Of a stretch of 64,000 nucleotides of DNA, positions 37,459 to 47,957 are shown piece after piece. The stretch spans positions 1 through 64,000 of IMG/VR virus record IMGVR_UViG_3300012979_000034, one strand, 5' to 3'. The notes under the pieces were generated by a model. The model searched no databases and was not told the DNA's origin. It saw nothing but the letters and a program-made list of their open reading frames with translations. The translations under genes and the position numbers were made by a program. The stretch is from a virus (lineage: Duplodnaviria; Caudoviricetes). Each line of letters starts with the position of its first letter. Positions within the stretch are counted from its first letter, which is position 1.

Positions 37459-38280
37459 TTACTTTATTTGATCCCATATACTTCCCTCTATCTCTTTAGG
37501 TTTATTATAGGTATTCCTATTCTTATACAAACTCTTATTAAAGTGTTCTATAGATTTATCAGACATAAGATTCTGTAAAGATGGGATACCATTACAATAA
37601 CTCAAAGCATCAAACTGAGCGTCTATATAAGTTATACTATCCCAATGTCTTTCATCTAAAAATTCTGCCAATCTATAAAACCATACATACTCTAAAGGGT
37701 TCTCCTCATAAGTTTGATATATTCCTGTTTCTGAAGCTATCCTTTTAATAAAATAATCATGTAACCTTTTAGCTTCATCCTTAAATTGATGTAAATCCTT
37801 TATTTCTGTTACTGCAGCTTCTTCCTCAGTTATAGCATCAGCCATACTTACTAACCTTTGTAACCAATTCCTATAACCTTTACCAATTCTCTTAAACCCT
37901 ATAGATAAATATTCTATAAAACCTTCACGGGTATCTAATTCAAAGTCACTACAAAAGGTATTACAGATATCTGCTAGCTTTTTGCATAAAGCCCATTCCC
38001 TAGTATTTGATTGGGTTATTTTCCTAATACCCCTATGATTTAATTTCATACGTATTGCATATATTAAATCGGCTATTAATTGGGCATCTCCTATGCTTGC
38101 TAGTAAAGTATTTTGTATTTTCTTAGTATCTTTTTTATGTTGTATAAGAACAGCTCTACTAGAAATAGATTTTTTCCTAGCTACCATAAAAAAATTATCT
38201 ATTGGGAAATTTGTTATAGCTAAATAATCCAAAATTTCCTTAAAGTCTTTCCTTGTAATATGTATACCTGGATCCCTCAT
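37459..38280 (-). CDS. hypothetical replication-cluster protein (273 aa)
   Basis: long ORF between helicase and primase. Confidence 0.8.
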   Translation of the reverse strand: MRDPGIHITRKDFKEILDYLAITNFPIDNFFMVARKKSISSRAVLIQHKKDTKKIQNTLLASIGDAQLIADLIYAIRMKLNHRGIRKITQSNTREWALCKKLADICNTFCSDFELDTREGFIEYLSIGFKRIGKGYRNWLQRLVSMADAITEEEAAVTEIKDLHQFKDEAKRLHDYFIKRIASETGIYQTYEENPLEYVWFYRLAEFLDERHWDSITYIDAQFDALSYCNGIPSLQNLMSDKSIEHFNKSLYKNRNTYNKPKEIEGSIWDQIK

Positions 38281-39233
38281 AACTCATTTTTTAATTTTAT
38301 TAAATCTTGATAACTTTGATATCTAGTATTATAAACTAACCTCATAGTAGTAGTTCTACCTAGATCATTAACATCTTTACCTTCTGGTAAAAATACTACC
38401 TTTACTTTTTTATAATTTACTAACTCTAAAGCTAATTTTAAAGCTTGTAATCTGGCATCGGGGTCAAGTAGTATGATGAAGTGGGATGCGGGTGATTTGA
38501 TAAAAGTGTTGAGTTGGTATCTGGAGATTGATTTACCCATGGTGGCAATTCCATGTGAACCAATGGTGAGTGCATTAAATGCTCCTTCGCATACGTATAC
38601 GGTTTTGAAGATATTAAGGGCATCTTCATTAAATATGATAAACTCTTTTCCAAGGCCCGTAATATCTTTATTCGGGTTATTATACCTTGGCCCGTTTCCA
38701 ATAACTTTTCTAGCATTATAGTACCTGAGCTGTCCTCCAGAATAGAATGGTATAATGACGTATCCAAACAAATTCCCTTTATTGCAGTAACCAATTCCTT
38801 GCCTAGACAAGTCCTCAATGGAAAAATGTCTATTGCGTAAATATCCCCTAATCGATTTTACGAGTGTACTTTTACCGAAGCTAAGAAGAGTAAATCCTTC
38901 TGGTAAATAGAAAGGTTTCTTTTCAACAAGTTCAACCTTTTCTTCCCGAAAAGTAAGTTCATTAAAATCTCCATTGTTTAAGAATCTTATTAGTTCTGAG
39001 TATGTTTCAAAATGTTCAACATCCATTATTAATTGAGAAGGATTTGGATGTTCTCCACATCTAAAGCAATTACATCTATATAAGGATAAGTTTACACCCA
39101 TTTTATTCTCCCTATGACAGTAGGGACATATGGGTATTCTCATCCATCCATGTTTATAATCAAAAGCATTTAACCTTTTAACTAAATAGGTTTTTAACTG
39201 GCTTTTAAATTGTTTAGTAATTTTCATATCCAA
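38277..39233 (-). CDS. dnaG: DNA primase (Zn finger + TOPRIM)
   Basis: CPYC...CFRC; VCEGAFNAL; LLDPD. Confidence 0.85.
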   Translation of the reverse strand: MDMKITKQFKSQLKTYLVKRLNAFDYKHGWMRIPICPYCHRENKMGVNLSLYRCNCFRCGEHPNPSQLIMDVEHFETYSELIRFLNNGDFNELTFREEKVELVEKKPFYLPEGFTLLSFGKSTLVKSIRGYLRNRHFSIEDLSRQGIGYCNKGNLFGYVIIPFYSGGQLRYYNARKVIGNGPRYNNPNKDITGLGKEFIIFNEDALNIFKTVYVCEGAFNALTIGSHGIATMGKSISRYQLNTFIKSPASHFIILLDPDARLQALKLALELVNYKKVKVVFLPEGKDVNDLGRTTTMRLVYNTRYQSYQDLIKLKNEL

Positions 39234-39321
39234 CTATCATCATTACCATCGTATGGAGTATCATTAGTAGCTATTAAATATCCACCGATTATCATTATCA
39301 ATAAAACTATAAACTTTAAAA

Positions 39322-40767
39322 TCATATATCTCCAGTTTTAAGTTTATTATACTTATCTGAATCTGCATCTGGGTTTACATTCTTCTTTGTAGTAGATTTA
39401 TTAAAGGCTTCATCTAATTTAGACCCATATACTTCATCATACTTTTTCCTCTGGTCTTTAGTAAATTCTATAGCCCTTTGCCTATCTACATCTACATGGA
39501 ATAGAGCCCTACCTGTTGGTTTACCATCCCTTTGAACTACTACCTCTAATCTTTGTATATCATCTTTATCCTCTTGAGGTGTAGCATTTAATCCAAGAAT
39601 ACATTGGGCATTTCTAATTATTGATATAGCACCAGATATATCATTTTCTTCATATCTAGTTTCTCTATGTTTAGCACCTTCTCTAGTTATATGATGAGCA
39701 GTCCATATACAATCTAGACCCATTTCTTCTGCAAGGTTTTGCATATCTACATACACATTACTTATGCGTTCAAAATCGTCTTTATCATTATTAATTGAAG
39801 CTAGTTTAGCAGCATAATCCACCATTAATACAGATATGTTTATACCCTGGGCTTTAAGCTTTAATATTAAATCCCTTATATATGTACAATCAGTAATCAT
39901 AGCAGGAACTCTTTCAACAACCAATTCAACACCAAATCTAGAGAGTTTTCTCATATGTTGTATCTCTAGCTTATCATAATCTCCAGTGTATAGCTCCTTC
40001 TTAGTCTTATTAATAGAAGATTGAATAAACCTGTCCATTATCTGGCCTTTACCATTTTCTGTATCTATATATAAAACAGATTTTTTCATTCTTAAATAAC
40101 CTCTAGCTATATTTACTAAGAAAAAGGTTTTTCTAGCTTTTGGTTTATCTAATAACACTATAACTGAACCTCTTGAATAACCACCAGCATTGGTTAAATC
40201 ATTTAATTGTCTAAATGGACTTGGTACTACATCGGGATCAGCTTGTCTTTTAAACTGTCTATTTACTACATCCTTAATTAAATACAAAGGCTCATCTTCT
40301 TGTTTAGGTTTAGACCGTTGAAGTATACTTTCTATCTTTTTGCTATACTCTTCATACTGTTCAAAATTACCTAAATCAAAGGAATCATTCAAGTTTTTCA
40401 TCTCTACATATGTAGAAAACTGATATACCTTTTCTTGTATGAAATCATGATCCTGCAGGGGTTCTGAATATAGATTATTTACTATGCTATAGATATTAGG
40501 TATATCATCTACTGTAACCAGGTCTACATAGTTTTTACTTTCTAACAAGTCTTTTATAACCTCTTTTAAAACATTTTTAGAAGGTATTTTCTTGTTCTTC
40601 TTATAGAACTTAGATAAACCTTCTGCAATAACGGAATGTTCAATCAAAACCAAGTAACTTGGTTTTATCCTTTTTAAAGCTAATCCACCCTCTTTATCTT
40701 GGACTATATACCTTAAAATCTCCAATTGAAATTCCGGGCTAAAGCTAAACTTTATTTTATCTTTCAT
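39322..40767 (-). CDS. dnaB: DnaB-like replicative helicase
   Basis: LYIDTEN, MVDYA, QNLAEE..CIWTAH motifs; start set at MKDKIKF. Confidence 0.8.
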   Translation of the reverse strand: MKDKIKFSFSPEFQLEILRYIVQDKEGGLALKRIKPSYLVLIEHSVIAEGLSKFYKKNKKIPSKNVLKEVIKDLLESKNYVDLVTVDDIPNIYSIVNNLYSEPLQDHDFIQEKVYQFSTYVEMKNLNDSFDLGNFEQYEEYSKKIESILQRSKPKQEDEPLYLIKDVVNRQFKRQADPDVVPSPFRQLNDLTNAGGYSRGSVIVLLDKPKARKTFFLVNIARGYLRMKKSVLYIDTENGKGQIMDRFIQSSINKTKKELYTGDYDKLEIQHMRKLSRFGVELVVERVPAMITDCTYIRDLILKLKAQGINISVLMVDYAAKLASINNDKDDFERISNVYVDMQNLAEEMGLDCIWTAHHITREGAKHRETRYEENDISGAISIIRNAQCILGLNATPQEDKDDIQRLEVVVQRDGKPTGRALFHVDVDRQRAIEFTKDQRKKYDEVYGSKLDEAFNKSTTKKNVNPDADSDKYNKLKTGDI

Positions 40768-40895
40768 TATATTACTAGTAATTAAAACGTTCATTATGAT
40801 ATAGTTTACAGTAGAAAAGAGTAGTACTATCCAGTACTGACCATACTCAAGTTTACTATAATCTTCTACCTTCTGGTCAAATTTTTGCAAATTTA

Positions 40896-40927
40896 TTTGC
40901 ATTTATTAAATAAAAGTATTATATTTG
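40896..40927 (+). promoter_or_regulatory. Bacteroidota primary-sigma promoter
   Basis: TTTG-N20-TATATTTG on the plus strand, 28 nt before the ATG at 40955. Confidence 0.8.
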
Positions 40928-40954
40928 CACATATTAATATTAATAAATAACCGC

Positions 40955-41698
40955 ATGAAACAGAACTCTAACGGATATCAAGGATCCGAATTACATCGAC
41001 TAACACCTATGCAAGAGGGTTACGATGTAGAACTATTTAATAGGCTTTATAAAATATGTAGGCCAGTTATTCGTAATCTATCTAAACAGATAGATTGTAA
41101 AAGGTTTAACCTTACTACTGATATAATTGCTTCATATTTTTGGGATAAGATGTTATTTGTATTCAATAAATATTATGGTACGTGTACTGAAGAACATCTA
41201 AAAGCTAGAATATTATCAGCCCTATCTACTTATAAGAATAAACTCCTGAGATCTGCTTACGGAGATATGGCAGATTATAACCAGAGTCTATCAAAGTTAG
41301 AAGATTTATTTGATGATTCTAAGGAAGATACTTCTGAATTTGAAAGAGAGGAAGAGGATGAAACTAATAAAAATAAGCAGTTGATGTTAGATGAAATAAA
41401 GATGTATATGAAAAGGAATCTTTCAGAAGATGCTTATTTGATTTGGGAATGCATGTTTAATCCACCACAGTATATAAGAGAAAGAATGACTAGTAAAGAT
41501 GGCAGGGTTACAGCTTTACTATTAATAGAGTTTTTCGATTTACCAAAGACTAAGAAATCATGCAGGTTTATAAAAGAATGTAAGGATGATATTACTTATT
41601 ATATGCAAAAAGCTGCTGAAGAATTACCTATTATACATAAGCTTCAGGCTAATCTAGAAAACTTACAATTATCTATAGCAGGTATCATGGGTAAATAA
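40955..41698 (+). CDS. putative phage RNA polymerase sigma factor
   Basis: region-2-like FNRLYKICRPVI...FWDK...FNKY...KNKLLR; only credible plus-strand gene; start moved to MKQNS. Confidence 0.6.
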   Translation: MKQNSNGYQGSELHRLTPMQEGYDVELFNRLYKICRPVIRNLSKQIDCKRFNLTTDIIASYFWDKMLFVFNKYYGTCTEEHLKARILSALSTYKNKLLRSAYGDMADYNQSLSKLEDLFDDSKEDTSEFEREEEDETNKNKQLMLDEIKMYMKRNLSEDAYLIWECMFNPPQYIRERMTSKDGRVTALLLIEFFDLPKTKKSCRFIKECKDDITYYMQKAAEELPIIHKLQANLENLQLSIAGIMGK

Positions 41699-41721
41699 TC
41701 TATATATCACTACACATAATA

Positions 41722-41751
41722 AAAGCCGGGACCTTCACAGGCACCGGCTTT
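41722..41751. terminator. bidirectional terminator between convergent genes
   Basis: AAAGCCGG...CCGGCTTT. Confidence 0.7.
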
Positions 41752-41803
41752 CTTAGTAATAAACATAAAATCTAAATCCTATTAATACCGCTATGGTAAA
41801 GAG

Positions 41804-43150
41804 CTATTCTGTTTTTATTATATATCTCAGAGTAATTGAAGGAGGTAACTTTTCTATTACTAAAGAATCTATGCTAGATTCATTATTTACAGCTCCAGAT
41901 AATTGATTATAAGAAGTAGGAACAGCTCCTCCAACAATTCCCTGTGATGATGCAAAACCACCTACTGTACCGCCTACACTAGTATTTCTGTAATCATATG
42001 AAGTTGGTACTACACCATCCCTAGAGTTATCCTGACAAGTTCCTTTAGCTAAACCAACTGAATGTCTATGTCTTGGTAAGTTACTCTCACTAATAGTTAC
42101 ACTATAAGTACCATCACTAGGAGAATACAAATCGCCTATATTAGTAAAGATATATTTATTATTTACCTGTATACCTCCTGCAGAATAACCAACTACTACT
42201 CTACCAGCTGCCTTAGTATATTCAGCCCAACCCTCAGGAATTTCAGTACCTTCCCATAGTATGATTGAACCTATTGGTAATAAGGAATCAGCTATTTCTT
42301 TTTCTAGGGTCTTTTTAAGACTAGATATTTCATAATCTACATATTCCTTAACTGTAGTAGAATTATCAGTTACCAAACCAGCCATCATACTTTCTATATG
42401 ACTAATAGATTGTTTGATCATAGAATGGTTAGCCGTATTATAAGGTAACTCTACTGGGTATTTACCAAAATAAGGGACTATAGCAAAAGGTTCTGATACC
42501 CGGGTCATTGCATTAGTACCAGTTCCATATACACCAACCAATACCCAAGAAGTCTTTGAACTATTGTATGCAGAGCAGGCAGATTTTACTTGGTTCTCTA
42601 GATAATTATAATTAAGGTCATTAGATTCATATACATCATTAGTGTTTATATCTAAAGTCCTTAACTCAGCTGAAGTTGGGTAATAAGGGTCTAAAGCTTT
42701 CTTATACATAGTATAGAAATCAGTAGATGACTCATTCCAATAAGCTACAAAATCAACTGGGTTCTCTACTGGTTCTTCAACCTGAGTATGTACAGCAAAT
42801 ACAAAAACCTCATTATATGAGCCCTTAGTTCCCTGGATATTAGATATTACTATTGAGTTATCTGGAGAAGTAAAGATAGTACCATCTCTGGCAATACAAC
42901 CAAAATTTACATCAGGTTCTTCTGAATCTGTATTTATTTTGGATAGATATCGCCTAGCAATTAAATCTATAGCCTCCTTTGTATAGGATAAACCAGATGC
43001 AGGATTTGGTGTTAAGGTTATAGATGTAGAAGTACTATTTATGGTACCACTACCAAAACCGCAAAAAGGTCCAACACCTATTGGTGAACTGATAGCTAAG
43101 GCTAAATCAGAGGACTTTATTAAAGCTTGATATTGAAAAAAGTTCTTCAT
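41804..43150 (-). CDS. baseplate/short tail fibre protein with collar-like C-terminus
   Basis: LPIGSIILWEGTEIPEGW...LPPSITLRYIIK. Confidence 0.75.
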   Translation of the reverse strand: MKNFFQYQALIKSSDLALAISSPIGVGPFCGFGSGTINSTSTSITLTPNPASGLSYTKEAIDLIARRYLSKINTDSEEPDVNFGCIARDGTIFTSPDNSIVISNIQGTKGSYNEVFVFAVHTQVEEPVENPVDFVAYWNESSTDFYTMYKKALDPYYPTSAELRTLDINTNDVYESNDLNYNYLENQVKSACSAYNSSKTSWVLVGVYGTGTNAMTRVSEPFAIVPYFGKYPVELPYNTANHSMIKQSISHIESMMAGLVTDNSTTVKEYVDYEISSLKKTLEKEIADSLLPIGSIILWEGTEIPEGWAEYTKAAGRVVVGYSAGGIQVNNKYIFTNIGDLYSPSDGTYSVTISESNLPRHRHSVGLAKGTCQDNSRDGVVPTSYDYRNTSVGGTVGGFASSQGIVGGAVPTSYNQLSGAVNNESSIDSLVIEKLPPSITLRYIIKTE

Positions 43151-43173
43151 ATATAATTTAATTTTATTGGCTA

Positions 43174-45798
43174 TTAGTTAGTATGAGATATTATTACTCT
43201 AAATGTAGCAATAGTACCATCTGGTGCAGAGAATGTATATATTCCACTATTAGAAGTAGACCAGAAATATGGACTCTGTCTAGTTATACCATTTGGATCT
43301 GTAAATGTAGTATGGGTATGTGTAGAATTATTCAAACAGGTTACCATTGTACTTGCTTCATCTATTGTAGATTCCTGATCAGTAGTATTATCTCCAACTA
43401 CTACATTGAAAGTATTTGGAGAACATGAGATAGTATAACCAGAAGTAGAAGGCTCATCACCACCACTACCTCCACTATAAGATTGTACTATTATACTACA
43501 CCTTAATGAACCATCCTCTGGTGAATAGAATTGATATATACCAGTAGTTAGATTCAATACTGTACCTACCTCATATGTAAATACATTAGATACATTTGCT
43601 ATCCTATAGTATACTGTAACTGGACAACCAGATTGGGATGTATACATATTACCACCTATATATGGGTATATCTTTACTGAACAGTAATCTGTAGTACTTT
43701 GTAGTTCATAAGTAGCCCGACTAGTAACACTATCCAAATCTCTCCAGGTATCTCCAGAAGATGGTGTAGTGCCTGCAGTATATGGCTCTGGGTAAGTCCA
43801 ACCTTGAGAAGCTGGGTTTACTGCAGATATAACCAATCTGTTAACTATATCAGTAGTACTTTCATATACTATAAAGGTAGTATACTTAGTATGATCAGCT
43901 ACTGATCTTAATGTATAAGTACCTGAAGCATTGAATACCCAATTATGGCCACTGTAACAATTATACACTTCTCCTGTTTCAACACATTCTACATTAAAGT
44001 TAGTACCTATACCTCTTGTAGTAGAACAGGTTACCACAGTAGAAACACTAGTTATATCATCAGTAATCCTACCAGAAGCAGGAGATACAGTTACATTGTA
44101 TACTACATTAGTAGAATCCCTTACTATTAATTTAGCAGTATCTTTTGGGTATTTAGTATCTTGTATACAATAGAATGTATAAGTACCAGATACATACATA
44201 GTAACTGTATCACCATCATGATAAGTCCTATTATTACCAGTACATAAGATCTCCAAACCATCATCTAAACTCGGGTAGTTTGAAGATATATGTATTGTTG
44301 TACTAGCAGACATTACTGAACCTGATTGTGATAATGTTATAGTACTGTTGTCAAATGTTATATTAAATACCCTTTCAGCTTGTGTAATCTCTATTTCGGT
44401 ATATCTAGCAGGGAATTCAGAAAATTCTACTCTCCAAATACCAGCTTGGTTAAAAGGTGTAGTACTAGTATAAGCTGAAGGTTTTAAAGTTGTAACTGTT
44501 CCATCTGGAGCATATACCCTTAAACTTGGATAACTAGTAACAGCAGTTCCGTCAGTTGTAACTACTTTCTTTGCTTTAATAGTAGCAGTAATTGTATTAT
44601 TATCACTTAATACTGTAGCGTTAGTAGTTACAATTAATGTATATACCTTATTAATAACTGTTTCACCTATAGTAATTGTAGCTATTTTAGTAGGGTCTGC
44701 TACTGAACGGAATTTATAAGTTCCAGGTTTTGGTGTATAGTATATTTTATCATACCTAATATTACCATAACTAGAACCATTATCCATAGATACTTGATAA
44801 CCTAGATCGGTATATAACCATCCGGAAGTAACGTTAACATTTAAAGCTACCCTATCTACTTCTCCTATAATAAACTTATGATTATTATCTGCATAACTAA
44901 CCTGTATATCTACACCATCATCTAAACTTACTCCATTGTAAGTAAAGGAAGGTTTTACATAATATGGTAAGTATCTATAGAAAAAGTTTTCCATAGCTTT
45001 TCTAAACATACAGAAAGCTTGAGGAGGTTCATTACCACCTGCTATAGCTGTATTATAATCATCAGCTAATTCTAAAGCTTCTTGTACTGAAGTTATCTTG
45101 CCATCGAATATAACGGATAAACTATCAGCAAAGTAATTACTATCTATATCCGTATAGTGTTCAATAGCTTCAAAATTAACGGTAATGGGTATACATCTAT
45201 TACAGGTATAATACTTATCATAAGTTACCTTAGTATCATAATAATATATACTATCTGCAATAGGTATACCACTATCCCAACCATTAGCATTGTTTATACC
45301 ATTAGTAGCAGAAGCATAGGGGTCACTTATAGTTATATCTATACCATATAATCTAAATACAGTTTTAAAAAATAACTCGGTACCCCTTATCTTACTAAGT
45401 GATATAGAGTATTTTAACAGTTCCCTGATCCTTTTAGTATCAACTATTATAGGTCCACTTTTAGCAATTTCCCAAAGTGAAGCCTTAGCTAATTTTTCTA
45501 GGTTAGTATCAAAACCATTATAATACAAATCCCACTTACGCTTGTCTACGATATTATAATAAGCAAATGGGAGTTCTCCTAAAAACTCCCATAGATAATT
45601 CAAATAAATTTCAGGTGTATTATCAATATCGAACAAGTCTAGTGTTTTTTCAACATCTTTAGTAATAATATCTTCAAAATATGTACCACATATTTCTAGA
45701 AAACTTTCTAAGACGCCCTTACCCTCATTATTTTTATGAGTATCAGTATCTTTAAAATAAGTAGGTAAGAAATCTATTAGACTCTTTAACTTTCCCAT
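43174..45798 (-). CDS. baseplate wedge (gpI/gp7-like) with beta-sandwich repeats (874 aa)
   Basis: LNYLWEFLG...KIRGT..FFKTVF N-terminus; repeated GTY.F motifs. Confidence 0.7.
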   Translation of the reverse strand: MGKLKSLIDFLPTYFKDTDTHKNNEGKGVLESFLEICGTYFEDIITKDVEKTLDLFDIDNTPEIYLNYLWEFLGELPFAYYNIVDKRKWDLYYNGFDTNLEKLAKASLWEIAKSGPIIVDTKRIRELLKYSISLSKIRGTELFFKTVFRLYGIDITISDPYASATNGINNANGWDSGIPIADSIYYYDTKVTYDKYYTCNRCIPITVNFEAIEHYTDIDSNYFADSLSVIFDGKITSVQEALELADDYNTAIAGGNEPPQAFCMFRKAMENFFYRYLPYYVKPSFTYNGVSLDDGVDIQVSYADNNHKFIIGEVDRVALNVNVTSGWLYTDLGYQVSMDNGSSYGNIRYDKIYYTPKPGTYKFRSVADPTKIATITIGETVINKVYTLIVTTNATVLSDNNTITATIKAKKVVTTDGTAVTSYPSLRVYAPDGTVTTLKPSAYTSTTPFNQAGIWRVEFSEFPARYTEIEITQAERVFNITFDNSTITLSQSGSVMSASTTIHISSNYPSLDDGLEILCTGNNRTYHDGDTVTMYVSGTYTFYCIQDTKYPKDTAKLIVRDSTNVVYNVTVSPASGRITDDITSVSTVVTCSTTRGIGTNFNVECVETGEVYNCYSGHNWVFNASGTYTLRSVADHTKYTTFIVYESTTDIVNRLVISAVNPASQGWTYPEPYTAGTTPSSGDTWRDLDSVTSRATYELQSTTDYCSVKIYPYIGGNMYTSQSGCPVTVYYRIANVSNVFTYEVGTVLNLTTGIYQFYSPEDGSLRCSIIVQSYSGGSGGDEPSTSGYTISCSPNTFNVVVGDNTTDQESTIDEASTMVTCLNNSTHTHTTFTDPNGITRQSPYFWSTSNSGIYTFSAPDGTIATFRVIISHTN

Positions 45799-45800
45799 AT

Positions 45801-47525
45801 TTATAATACCTCATTAACTGTTAGTGTTAATTGATTCTCATTTTGGAACAGTGGAAGGTTATAACCAGGATCCTCATAATCGTGATTAGGTTCTGATACT
45901 TTAAATGAATATTTATAACCACTAACATAATCATTAGAGGATATAGATATACCAAAATTAAAACCATTTATGGTATCATTTATATTTAGAGTTCTTCCAA
46001 CTGTACCGGATGTCTGAAATCCACCTAATACTGAACGTACTGTATAAGCTGTACTAGAAGTAAAGGATATAATATACTCCATAGAACCTTTAGCACTGTT
46101 TAAAACATAACTATCAACAATAAGTGGCTTATTACCATAAATGGTAGTAGGCCAAGGCTTCATATAAAACTTAGTTATGTGTAAGTAATCTACGGTAGAT
46201 AAATTATCTATTAAAGCATATATATCAGAAATCCTGACATCACCGCCTATTTCAGCATTCTCTATAGAATAAGCATTTAATAAAGCTGAAGTAACTTGGG
46301 CCTGTATTTCAGAAGCTGTATAGGATTTTTTACCAGTAACATCCATCTCTAATATAATATTTACTACACCTGCTGATTTAACATTTAGCCAGGTACACAA
46401 AGGAGAATGTTGATGTAAATAATTATATACTGTATTACATAGAGTATTGGAAGCTATAGTACCATTATCTGGTGTTATATATACAGTTAGTTTTCTACCA
46501 CATTCATATTCTGCAGCTGCTTTATTTACACCAGATACAGCTTTAGCTAAATCTATAAAATCTTGTTTAGTAATAGCTACACCTAAAGTTTTTACACTTA
46601 GTGGAATATGTTCTTTCAACATCCTAAAGGTTTCATAATCAGAACCACCACCTGCTTGATATAGGTTACTACATGTAGCATCAGATACAGAACTCAATAT
46701 TGAAGCAGGGACTGTATTTATACTACCAGCATTTACATTACCAGTTAAACCCTTTGTAACATAACAACTAGCTGCAGTAATTGTACTACCAGAAGAAGGT
46801 TTCTTACCAAAAGTACCATCACCAAATACTATGGTAACATCTTGGTCTGAACCAACGGTTACTATAAAATGTTTATCAGTTGGTTTTGAATATGCGAAGG
46901 TTGGGACTAAAACCCATGATTCACCATCTACCTTAATACTCATAGTACCATCTTCATAGTAATTACCACTAGCAAAGGTTTGTACACCTAAAGATACTCT
47001 ACCATCTAAAGAAGGGATAACAGTACCTACTAAGCTATTTAATGAAAATGGGCTATGTTGTATCAAAGGTACTCTACAAGTAGTAGTATTAGCATACCAG
47101 GTAACATCCTTAGCTACTAACCAGTTATTACTACTACTATCTATAAAGGATAAACCTTTTGGTATAGATAAGCTAGATGTTAAGTTTTCACTAGTAAGTG
47201 GCCTAGTAATAATTACATCTACCGTAGCAGCAATAGCTCCTCTTGGATGGTAGTCAACAAGAGTACCATGTTTAACAACTGACTCATACCTACGAGCTGT
47301 AGATAAAAAGGATTCCCTAGCATTATTATCAATGTAATAGTGTAGTACTTCGGCAATAGCTGAGAAAAGGGATACCAGTATAATAAAGAGATTACCTTCT
47401 GAAAAATCTGTTATTAACTGATTACCATTTTCATCTTTAATACCAGCTAGGGCATCTAATAGTTTGGTTTTAATTTGTTGGTATGACCTTTGTAAAGGTG
47501 TTAACCATGAATTTGATATTCCCAT
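45801..47525 (-). CDS. baseplate wedge J/gp6-like
   Basis: ESFLSTARR, FGDGTFGKKP, GGSDYE, AITKQDF. Confidence 0.9.
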   Translation of the reverse strand: MGISNSWLTPLQRSYQQIKTKLLDALAGIKDENGNQLITDFSEGNLFIILVSLFSAIAEVLHYYIDNNARESFLSTARRYESVVKHGTLVDYHPRGAIAATVDVIITRPLTSENLTSSLSIPKGLSFIDSSSNNWLVAKDVTWYANTTTCRVPLIQHSPFSLNSLVGTVIPSLDGRVSLGVQTFASGNYYEDGTMSIKVDGESWVLVPTFAYSKPTDKHFIVTVGSDQDVTIVFGDGTFGKKPSSGSTITAASCYVTKGLTGNVNAGSINTVPASILSSVSDATCSNLYQAGGGSDYETFRMLKEHIPLSVKTLGVAITKQDFIDLAKAVSGVNKAAAEYECGRKLTVYITPDNGTIASNTLCNTVYNYLHQHSPLCTWLNVKSAGVVNIILEMDVTGKKSYTASEIQAQVTSALLNAYSIENAEIGGDVRISDIYALIDNLSTVDYLHITKFYMKPWPTTIYGNKPLIVDSYVLNSAKGSMEYIISFTSSTAYTVRSVLGGFQTSGTVGRTLNINDTINGFNFGISISSNDYVSGYKYSFKVSEPNHDYEDPGYNLPLFQNENQLTLTVNEVL

Positions 47526-47547
47526 TTATTTTTAGATTTAATGTTAT

Positions 47548-47952
47548 TTATATTTCGGTGTCATATGTGATCTTTGCAACTCTGCTAGAATTATTAGATT
47601 TAAGTTTATAAGTAAACTCTATATTTAATTTACTACCGCTTCTAGAAATTTCTGATGAAACATATTTTATACGGGTTTCATACTCATTGATAGCAGACTT
47701 AAGGAATTCATCCACTAAATAACTTAAAGCTTGTGTATTAGGTTCTTCTAAACATTCTTCTAATCTAGTACCAAATTCTTCTTGTCTAAACCTCTGACCT
47801 ATTTGATATGTAATCAAGGATAGTAAGTTATTTTCTATTAATTTAGGATCACCATTAACAGGATACCACCCAGTTAAACCACTGGAGTTTTCGGTTATTT
47901 GGATAGGATATAGAGCACCTGACCCAATTAGATCTGCGTACAAACTTGCCAT
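47548..47952 (-). CDS. baseplate wedge gp25/W-like
   Basis: IGQRFRQEEFGT.L...EPN...AINEYETRI. Confidence 0.85.
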   Translation of the reverse strand: MASLYADLIGSGALYPIQITENSSGLTGWYPVNGDPKLIENNLLSLITYQIGQRFRQEEFGTRLEECLEEPNTQALSYLVDEFLKSAINEYETRIKYVSSEISRSGSKLNIEFTYKLKSNNSSRVAKITYDTEI

Positions 47953-47957
47953 GATTA

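Noticed and set aside
40768-40902. 45-aa N-terminal extension of DnaB given by the ORF track
   Set aside because: Overlaps the divergent promoter region; the helicase more plausibly starts at 40767
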